Assembly: GCA_004431415.1 (NCBI GenBank)
Contig: QPMI01000038.1
Location: forward strand, 186,001-250,000
Source: Cyanophora paradoxa CCMP329
Taxonomy: Eukaryota; Plantae; Glaucophyta
Length of the DNA stretch: 64,000 nt
Direction of reading: 5' to 3'
The notes below the pieces were generated by a model. It made no database searches. It saw only the letters and a list, made by a program, of their open reading frames with translations, and was not told the DNA's origin. Below, in pieces: positions 55,738 to 64,000 of the stretch (its first letter is position 1; the number at the start of each line of letters is the position of its first letter). Both the position numbers and the translations under genes were made by a program.

Positions 55738-55768
55738 CAGGCCATCATCATCGCTGGTTCAGAGGCGT

Positions 55769-56423
55769 CTCTAGATCATCCTCCTCGCCCTCGTCCTCGC
55801 CGTCTCCGCCGACCGGCGCGCTCCCGTACCCCCCGGCCCCCCGAGCCCTTCGTTCGCGCCTGACGGGCGGCCGCGCGCAGCTTCGGGCCGTGGCCGATGC
55901 TGGTGGGGATCGTGCCGGCGGCGCTGGGCGCGGCGTGGCGGGCGCTGCGGGAGCCGTGGCGCCCGCGAGCGCTGCTCGGGCAGCCGGGGCCCCGCCGGAG
56001 CCTCCTCGCCGCCCTCGCCCTCGCCGCCTCCGCCTTCGGCGTCCTCCCCCTCCAGGCCCGCCCCCGCCCCGCCCCCTCGCCCGGCCCCCTCCAAAGCTCC
56101 GCTTAGCGCGCCGCTCGCGCCGCGCAGAGGGACGGGAGCTACTGGCTGCTGCACTCGTGGTGGCACGTCGCCGTCATGCTCGTCCCCTACCACGTCATCC
56201 GCGCCGCCGCCGCCCTCCGCCCGCCCGACGGCCCCGCCCCGGACCCCGAGGCGGCCCTGGGGCCCGGGCCCGAGGCCGAGGCCGAGCTCGAGGCACGCCT
56301 GCCCCTCGTCCCGGGCCCCGGGGCCTAGGCACCCCCTGTACCCCCCCTCTCCCCCTCGAAGTCTCTTCTCCGAACGTCCTTCTGGCAAAACTCCGAACTT
56401 TCCGTAGACGCCTACCTCATGCA
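55769..56423 (+). repeat. Direct repeat copy 2: orphan duplicate of TMEM8-like 3' exons
   Basis: Contains LRAVADAGGD/MLVGIVPAALGAAW and YWLLHSWWHV exons plus stop, without the upstream exons. Confidence 0.93.
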
Positions 56424-57090
56424 CTGGTACCCCGGGTCCCGAGGGGGAGGGGGTACGGGCGTTTGAAGTGGGCGCCTTCGAATTCGCCCTACCCCCCTTC
56501 CTCCTCCTGTCCGCGAAGCAAACAGCAGTGAGACGCGTGCGAGGAAAAGGATCGCAGAAAGAAGAGTATGGCGAACCGGCTCCGGCCACAGGTTCGCGAC
56601 GGGGTTGCCGTCCGTCCACAGCATCTGAAGGTCCGAGAGCCGCGCGATCCCGACAGGGAGCGCCGTCAGCTGGTTTTTCTCCACGTTCAGAATGTGCAGG
56701 GCCGCGAGGCGCCCGACCTCCGCCGGCAGCGCCGCCAGCTGGTTGCTGTTCACGTACAGCTCCCGCAGCCCCGCGAGGCGGCCGATCTCCGGCGGCAGAG
56801 ACGTCAGCCGGTTGCTCTGAGCCCACAGCCTCCGCAGAGACGCGAGGCGGCCGATCTCCGGCGGCAGCGCCGTCAGCCGGTTGCCTTCGACGTAGAGCTC
56901 CTGCAGGGCCGCGAGGCTCCCTATCTCCCGGGGCAACACCGCCAGCTGGTTGGCGCCCAGCCATAGCTTCTCCAGGTTTTTCAGCTTCGCGAGCTCCGCC
57001 CCCGGAATGCTCGCGAGCCTGTTGCAGCTGAGGTCGATCTCCGCCGCCAGTCATTCGCAATGGCTTGCCTGCAGCCTGCGGGCGGCGGCG
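56412..57090 (-). CDS. LRR protein (23-aa LxxLPxEIGxL repeats), 5' frameshift; possibly truncated or pseudogene
   Basis: EIDLSCNRLASIP..LEKLWLGANQLAVLPREIGSLAALQELYVEGNRLTALPPEIGRLASLRRL..WTDGNPV, about 6 repeats. Confidence 0.85.
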
Positions 57091-57769
57091 TGGTCAGATC
57101 CGCTCGAGCATCGGATGCAAAAGCGCAGCGGGGAGCGCGAGTGCGGGTCCTTGGAGCAGAACGGCTCATGCACAACGAGGCAGGCAGGTTGAAATTGCAC
57201 ACCGGAACCGAGCGCGGCATGTCGAGCTGACCGCCGAGCGGCCGTGGATTCTACACAGCTATTCCATTGCAATTGATGCGTACCACGAAGCCGAGCTCGC
57301 GAAGCTCGTGCGAAGGCTGCACGTATACGTGCGGCACGGCTCGGCTATCTTGGATGTGTACCCCCAAGCAAGCGCTGCTGCCGTTGTCGTCCTAATACCC
57401 TGCGTTTTTCGAGGGTGGTGGTACCCCCCCTGGGAGCGACCGGGGGGCGGGTGGGGGCGAGGCGTGCGGGGGTACGGGTGCGGGGAGGCACGGGGACGGG
57501 GGGTGATTGTGACGGGGACGCGCGGTATGCGTATATGTATACACCCTGTGAATGGACATATACCCGAATATATGCCTATTGAGTTGCGATTGGCGGGCTA
57601 TTGAGCGGGGTAGGGGTGCCCTGGACGGGGCGTGAAAAACGGACGAATGGGGTTGCGCGGCGTGGTGGGGGTACGGCGACGCGGGGAATCGGCCCGGGCG
57701 GCCCTGGCTGGGGTGATTCTGGCGGCAGTGCGGGGCTGGGGGGCCCGGGACGGGCGCACTCTGGCGGCG

Positions 57770-58277
57770 ATGGCGGACGCGGCGAAGACGATCGTGAAGA
57801 CGACGGCGCGGCCGAAGCGGGCGGCGGCGAAGCCGAGCAAGGGCATGCCTCCGGCGCTGCCCGCCCCCGTCGAAGGCGCCCTCTCCCGCGGCGCCCTCGG
57901 GCTTCCGCCGCTGCGCGGCCGGCGGCGCCGCCGAGCCCGGCGAGGCGTGCACGTCCTGCCACGAGGCGCCCGCGGCCGGGGCGCCCTGCTGGATGTTCCA
58001 GTGCGAGCGGCACCTGCTCTGCGACGCGTGCCACGGCAGCCAGCGGCGGCTCGCGGCGCACTACGACGCCGCGCTCGGCCAGCACCGCCAGGCGGCGCTT
58101 GCGCTCGCCGTCGCGGCGGCCTCGTCCCACGGGCCCCGGTCCGCCCGCCGCCGCCCTTCCCGCCGCCGCCCACGGGCCTCCTCTTCGCGGCGAGCCCGTG
58201 CCCGCACGCCTGAGCCGCCCGTCGCGATCGGCGGCCGCGGCGGAGCGCGCGGCGCCAAGGTTTTCGCGCTCGTCTAG
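57770..58277 (+). CDS. Small intronless Zn-finger-like protein (frame change near 57915)
   Basis: MADAAKTIVKTTARPKR.. then CTSCHE..CWMFQCERHLLCDACH. Confidence 0.5.
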
Positions 58278-58290
58278 CGAGGGCCGAGGC

Positions 58291-58530
58291 ATGAGCGCGA
58301 GCGGGGCGCCCGAGTCGCCGCGGGCCGAGGCGCTCGAGTCCCTTAGCGGCGCCGCGTGGGACCTCGCCGTGCTGGCGCTCGACTTGGAAGACTGCGCCGA
58401 GGACCGCCAGATCGCAGAAGTAAACAGGCTCTCGTGCCTTCTTCACAGTATTTGGACGACGCTAGAGGCAGCCAAGGCAGCAGAGTCGCGCGTAGTGCTA
58501 GAGGCAGCCAAGGCAGAGTCGCGAGTGTGA
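58291..58530 (+). CDS. Small helical hypothetical protein (79 aa)
   Basis: MSASGAPESPRAEALESLSGAAWDLAVLALDLEDC..; starts 13 nt after the previous stop; ends in a ~36-bp tandem duplication (LEAAKA(A)ESRV x2). Confidence 0.4.
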   Translation: MSASGAPESPRAEALESLSGAAWDLAVLALDLEDCAEDRQIAEVNRLSCLLHSIWTTLEAAKAAESRVVLEAAKAESRV

Positions 58531-58625
58531 ATTGAATATATAAGTATTTGCGATCAAACAAAGCCACGAATATAAGCCAAACTGACTGAGTTATTTACAC
58601 TGCACAATTCCTAGCTAGAGGCTGC

Positions 58626-61600
58626 CTACTCGTCGAAGTCCCCGGCGGCCGCCTCGGCGGCCATCGAGAGCAGCGCCTCTGCCACGTCCCCGGCCGCGTC
58701 GCCGGCCTCGCTGGCGGCGTTGGCCAAGGTGTCGGCGTCGGCGTCGCCGTCAACGGCGTCGGCGTCGGTGAAGAAGCCGTCGTCGTCGCTCGGCGGGGCG
58801 GGGCCGAAGCCGGGGTTGTGCCGCTTGTAGCGCTGCGAGGCCTCCACGATCTTCTTGAAGTCGGCAGCGACCGCAGCAGAGTCGGCCGCCACGGGCGCGA
58901 AGTTGGGGATGTTGTAGCGCGTGAAGAAGGCCGACTCGAGATCGTCGATCGTCTGGCGCCACCCCGCGACCATCTCCTCGGTGATGTCACGCAGGGCCTC
59001 CTCGGCCTTGTCGCACGCCCCGCCGGCCTCGAGCTTCTTCAGGAGCGCCGTCTTCTCCTTGGGCTTGCAATCGGCAGCCGCGAGGCGCTTCTCAATCACG
59101 GCGCGGGCGTTCGAGATGGCCTTCTCGAAGTTCCGGAGCGGGCGCGCGACGGCCAGGAACTCGGCGCGCTTCTCGGCGACGAGCTTGCGGAAGTCGTCGA
59201 CGTGCCGCGCGCGGCTCGGCAGGGTGTCCTTCTGCGCGCCGCGGAGTCAGGCGTGCGATTGAGCGCGATTGAGTTCAGCCGCGCACCTCGAGTTCCTTGG
59301 CGTTGAACTTGTAGCCCTTCTGGACGGCGCGGGCCCACGCCTCTCGTTCTTGGCCTTGGTCTCAGCGCCCTTGCGGTTCGCCTCGCGCCGCTTCTCGGCC
59401 TTGGCCTCGGGCGTCAGCTCCTCGGCAGAGGTCTTCGCGCGCTTGCGCTTGGGGCCCTCGGTCTCGGTCGCGTGGTCCGACTCCGCCGCCGGCTCGGGTC
59501 CGCCGCCGGCTCCGAGTCGACGTCCATCGCCTCGGGCTCGGACACGGGCGCCGCGGGCGCCGCGCGCGGCGGCGCCGGGCGCCGCGGGGTCGCCAGGCCC
59601 GCGGGGCGGGCCGGGGCGCCGGCGGGGCTGCTGCTGCTGCCAGCGGCGCCGTCGTGGGCGCCGAGAAGGCGGCAGACGCCCATGTACGCCGCGTGCGGCG
59701 GCCGGCGGCTCACAAAGGCGCGGTGGATGCGGATCTTCACTTGAACGATTTTCTCGGGCACGATGCCCTCCTCGACGAGGAACTTGATTGAGTCCTCCTT
59801 GATATCGGCGATGACGCTCTTCACGATTCCTTCCGCGTCCATCTGTGCCACCTCCTGCTTCGAGTAGAGCCGGAAAATGACGTCCAAGAACGTGTCGTCG
59901 AACGCCTTGATCGCGCGGGCCCGCAGCATCTTGGGGTCGACGTACGCCTTGGCGATCTGCGGGAAAGTGAGCCGATTGAATGAAATTGAACCGATTCAGT
60001 CGCGCGGCGCACCGTCAAGCTGGCAGCCTGCAGCCGAGCCTTCGAGCCGCAGCTGAACAGGAGGGGGTTCGTAGTGCCACCGAGCTCACGGTTGGGCTGG
60101 ACGGTCGTGCCGAACTTGCTGTTCAAGACCTTGCCGCCGGCCTCGCCGGTCTGCGGCGGCCAAGTCAGCTCAGATCTAGAGGTGCCGGATTGAATAGAAA
60201 TAGGTTCACCTCGGCCATAAGGGCGGCAGTCTTCCGCATGTTGAGGCGCGCCTTCGCGGCAAGGTAGCGCTCCATGGCGGCGTCGCGCGCCTTGCCCTTG
60301 ATGCAGCAGTTGCCGTCCTTGTCGAGAGTGACGGGCCAGTGGACGAGCTCGCGGTTGATGGCTTCAATCTCAGTGAACGTGAGGAGCACGTCCTGGCTGC
60401 CCAGCTTCACCTTGTACGAGCTCTCGCTGTCATTAATCATCTTCGACTCGCCCATCCCGCGCCTGGCGCGGATCTCCGTAACCTCGCCAGAGTCGTAGTC
60501 GTACTCTGCGGTGCGCTTGCAGATGGCGATGCGGGCCTTGCACTCGCGAGTCACGTAGTTCTTCGGCGCGTTGGGAGACACAGGCTGGCGCGTGGGTATG
60601 ATGGCCATGCGAAGCACCGATGCGCACACAAGGTAGAGCTTGCCGTACTCGGCACGCACAGACTCGTTCTCCCACGCGTCGCTGGCGATCTTGTCAAGCA
60701 AGTCCTTGCCGCCGGGCTTCTGAGCGGCCTCCCGAATCTGGCGACCAACAACGTCCTCGTCGTCGCTGGCGGCGGCGGCCGGGGCGTCGGCCGAGGCCGG
60801 GGCAACGGCAGCCGGGGCCGGGCCGGGGCGGCGGCAGCCGGGCCGGGCCGGGCCGGGGCGGCGGCAGCCGGGGCCGGGGTCGGCGGCTGATCGGCCTCGA
60901 CGGAATCAGAGCCGAGGGGATGAGCTGGAACGTGGGTCGTCCGGCTCTGCGCACAACGGGAGTCAATGGGCTATTCAAACAGACGAAAAACAGGGTTACG
61001 CACTAGGGCTCGCGGGCTTGGCGGCGGCGGGCTTGGCCGCGGGCTTGGCCGCGGGCTCGGCAGCGAACTTGGCAGCGAACTTGGCAGCCTTGGCGGCGAG
61101 CCTGGCAGCGAGACCGCCGGCGGGCTTGGCGGCGGCGGGCTTGGCAGCGGCGGGCTTGGCGGCGGCAGTCTCAGAGTCCCGACCGCGCTTCACTGCCGGC
61201 AAGGCGGTGAGCGTGGGCAGGCACGCGGGCAAGGGGCGGGGCTCACAGCGGTTCAGCGGCACGTTGTCGTCGTCGTCGTCCGACGTAGAGGCCGCCGAGG
61301 CCGGCTTGCTCGAAGGGCCCGCGGCCGGCTGGCTCGAAGGGCCCGCCACAGGCGCCACGGGCGCCGCGGCCGCCGGTGCAGCCAGGCTGGGGAAGTTCAA
61401 GGGGACGGCCGCTGCGGCGCGAAAAGGTCAGCGTGACGTCATGCGAGAAATTTCGGCAGAGTCACGGACCCTTGGCGCGCGGGGCGGGGGGCGGGGGGCC
61501 CTGGCCGGCGGGCTCGTCCTCGATATCGGTCATGTCGATGACCTCGGGGACACGGGACTGCTTGTCCTTGTCGACAAGCTGCATGACGTACGTGGCCTTG

Positions 61601-61884
61601 TCCGCCTGCGCCAAAGACGGACGGGAGTTAGAGGCGATTCAATCGGCAAGCCAATCCCCGCGCACCGGCACGGCGAGCACAAGGCCCTCGTGGTTGAGGC
61701 GGAAACAGCGGCGCTCGTCGAAGGGGAAATCGGGCTCGACGACAAACTCCTGAAGCAACGTGAAGTACGCAGAGGGCTGCGGCAAAACGGGCAAAATCAG
61801 CCAAGGCATGCGCTTTTCACCAAGGCAAAATCCCCTTACCGTGAGAGCGCCCTTGCCCTTGAGGTCGGACTTGGCAGAGTTCAT
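58626..61884 (-). CDS. Large hypothetical nuclear protein with histone-H1-like AAKP repeats
   Basis: Spliceable exons with protein-like composition (LLDKIASDAWENESVRAEY.., IAKAYVDPKMLRARAIKAFDDTF..), PKRKRAK NLS, acidic tail ..GDFDE*. Confidence 0.65.
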
Positions 61885-62286
61885 CTTGAGAGATCTGCGC
61901 GCAAAGGGAAAAGTCAGCCAAGTTTTGCAGCCAAGGGAAAACCGCGCGCACCGTGCGTTGCTAGCTAGCGCTGAGGCTTTGCGAATCTCGCTGGGCGAGT
62001 GGAATGAGGTTCGGAGGCCGGCGCTCGGGAGGTCATTCGGGGGCCCAGTTCGCAGCACCGGGAAACGCGACCGCAGGAAAACGCGCGCGCGGCATTTCGC
62101 GCTCGCATTTTCCGGCTTCCCGCATGATCGCGCGTCACGGTGACGCGTCACCGTCGGTGACGGCGACGCGTCCGCCGGCCTTCGACCCGTGACGGATCGG
62201 ATTCATCCCCATAGCACGCTCGACGGTCGGCGCGCGTGGGGTCGGCGACGGGCCGCGCGCGTTTTTTTCGAGCGCAATGAGTGACC

Positions 62287-62649
62287 ATGGGCAACGCCGA
62301 GTCACGACCGCCGGGCGCGCAGGCCTCGACGACGCAGCCGCAGCAGCAGGCCGCGGAGGATGACGGCGGCGAGCTCGAGCTCAAGCTGACACTCTACGCG
62401 CTGGTGCTGCTGCTGGCCACGACGGCGCCGTACGGCCTGTACAAGGCCTTCCGCGGCCTCCACGGCCGCTTCGGCTGGAAGGGCAGCGCGCCGCTCGGCG
62501 TGGTGATGCTGCTCCTCACGTTCATGGTCGGGCGCGTCGGCCCGGCAAAGCTCACGATGACGTCAGGGCTCGCGCTCACGTTCACTGGCGTCTCCATGGA
62601 CAACGACCTGGCACTCGTGCTTCAGACCCTATGCAACTGCCGCAAGTAA
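62287..62649 (+). CDS. Small intronless membrane protein with N-myristoylation-like start
   Basis: MGNAES (MGxxxS); hydrophobic segments LTLYALVLLLATTAPY and PLGVVMLLLTFMV. Confidence 0.6.
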   Translation: MGNAESRPPGAQASTTQPQQQAAEDDGGELELKLTLYALVLLLATTAPYGLYKAFRGLHGRFGWKGSAPLGVVMLLLTFMVGRVGPAKLTMTSGLALTFTGVSMDNDLALVLQTLCNCRK

Positions 62650-62776
62650 ATCACCGGACAGGGACTCGAACCCTTGATTCAACTCCGCAGGGTTTACCGT
62701 CACCGTCACGGTGACGGCGCCTAGAGTCGGTTTATACAGCACGCTCGGCGCTCGGCACGTCGTATAATCGCATTCA

Positions 62777-63394
62777 TCACGGGTGGGGGAAGCCGGGCGG
62801 CGGCGGCGACAGGGCCGCGAGGCGCGCGACGGTGTCGCGCGCGATCCGATACGCCGGCACGAGGACGTCGTACACGTAACCGCGGCCCGTGCCGTCGTGC
62901 AGGTCGTAGTGGCCCGTGCGGCCGAAGAGCGACGGCTGGCCGACGTGCGGGCAGTGGTGCTTGAGCTCGTTGACGAGCGTGGCGAACGGCTTGCCGGCGA
63001 ACGCCAGCTCGCCGAGCCGCGCGCGGGCCTCCGCGACGAATCGGAAATCGCTCTGCGCGAACGGGTAGCTTGCGAAGTATATGTTGCCGTCGCGGCGGTA
63101 CGGGCCGCGCGGCTGCGCGCGCTCGCAGTAGTGCGCGACGCTGTCCAGCAGCGCCGCCAGGCTCACGGTGGCGGTGAACGCCAGCCCGTTCAGCTCGTCC
63201 GCCGCCGGCGCCCCGGCCCCGGCGCACAGCTCCTGGGCCTGGCAGACGAGCGCGCCGACCACGCACACCGCGGCCCGCACAGTGCCCAGGTGGCCGGCGG
63301 CGTTGAGGCCGCTGGCGGCCGGTTCCCGCGCGCCGCGCATCACCTGCCAGAAGCGCGAACCGTCAGACAGCAGCGGGAACGCGTCGTCCGCCAT
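62777..63394 (-). CDS. Intronless hypothetical protein, HEPN-like helical domain
   Basis: 205-aa ORF with SLAALLDSVAHY and FATLVNELKHH, resembling the xxLD..A and L.N..KH pattern of bacterial HEPN-like families. Confidence 0.55.
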   Translation of the reverse strand: MADDAFPLLSDGSRFWQVMRGAREPAASGLNAAGHLGTVRAAVCVVGALVCQAQELCAGAGAPAADELNGLAFTATVSLAALLDSVAHYCERAQPRGPYRRDGNIYFASYPFAQSDFRFVAEARARLGELAFAGKPFATLVNELKHHCPHVGQPSLFGRTGHYDLHDGTGRGYVYDVLVPAYRIARDTVARLAALSPPPPGFPHP

Positions 63395-63480
63395 GGGCTC
63401 ACCGTCGACGTGCGAAAGAAGCGCCGGGCCAGCGAACACGGCGCCAATCGGGCCCGCGGGGGCTCGAACTAGGGTCTTTG

Positions 63481-64000
63481 ATGGAAAGCGCCGAGGCGGC
63501 GGCGGCTGCAGCGGCGCTCGGCGCGCTGCCGGCCGGGCTCCGACCAGTCACAGCCCTGCGCGGCGATGCGGCCAACATCGCGGACGTTCTTTCGGAGCTT
63601 CGGTTGATCCGGGTCAACGTGCCCGACAAGTCGCCGGAGCTCTCTGAGATCGACTCAGCGCTCGCGCCGCTCGCGCTCCTATTCAGAAGCATGCAGGCCG
63701 CCGGGCTCGTGGACGCGCACCCGGCGCTCGTGACGCCGAAGCAGTTCGACGTCCTGCTCACGGACATCCGTGACCGCAGCGACCTGGAGTCAATCGCTCA
63801 GCTGTTCGGCGTCGCTTACCTCGCAGAAGCCCCGCCGGACCGCCGCCCCGCGTTCCCCGTCGAGGGCCAGATCGCCGGCCCCAACAGCCGGCCGCTCGCA
63901 GTCCTGCCGGTCGCCGCGAGGCGCGGGCGCGCCGTGTTCGCCCCATTCATCATCGACACGGGCTCGCCGCACACCTACGTCTCGGGCGACGTCATCGAGG
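63481..64000 (+). CDS. Intronless retropepsin-like aspartic protease domain protein (3' truncated by window)
   Basis: Open frame from ATG 63481 to the window end: ..LLTDIRDRSDLESIAQLFGVAYL..FPVEG..RPLAVLPV..FIIDTGSPHTYVS (D-T-G-S motif). Missing from the ORF track because no stop lies within the window. Confidence 0.8.
   Translation, partial: MESAEAAAAAAALGALPAGLRPVTALRGDAANIADVLSELRLIRVNVPDKSPELSEIDSALAPLALLFRSMQAAGLVDAHPALVTPKQFDVLLTDIRDRSDLESIAQLFGVAYLAEAPPDRRPAFPVEGQIAGPNSRPLAVLPVAARRGRAVFAPFIIDTGSPHTYVSGDVIE

Noticed and set aside
57051-57053. In-frame TGA before the LRRs as selenocysteine or readthrough
   Set aside because: The alternative frame (CRQAIANDW) joins the LRR cap by a small indel, which is a simpler explanation; no SECIS was identified.

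Overview
Eukaryotic nuclear DNA, very GC-rich, with about 20 compact genes split by many short (~55-110 nt) introns, a large share of them GC-AG. The ORF track therefore fragments nearly every gene, and the models below were spliced by eye. Phe-containing plastid transit peptides without a signal peptide (ATP/ADP translocase, CPBP protease) plus a ciliary TMEM237 homologue suggest a flagellated alga with a primary plastid; glaucophyte/Cyanophora-like is an inference. Recognisable genes: secreted Ig-like repeat protein, large acidic repeat protein, GTP cyclohydrolase I with an apparent signal peptide, three F-box/LRR proteins, membrane-tethered bZIP, NHL-repeat protein, CPBP protease, PLAC8, plastid NTT with a DnaJ-type Zn-finger tail, SNF1/MARK-like kinase, TMEM237, TMEM8/PGAP6, a RING-TRAF-RUN protein with an inverted pseudogene copy, and an LRR gene. 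Genes alternate strand almost perfectly in tight head-to-head pairs. The last ~12 kb is rearranged: a ~660-bp direct duplication, an inverted gene pair around a 56-G run, and tightly packed intronless ORFs (HEPN-like, retropepsin-like) with GTCAC palindromes, possibly a mobile or viral island. No rRNA, complete tRNA or CRISPR array was seen. Several frameshifts in G/C runs are probably assembly errors.
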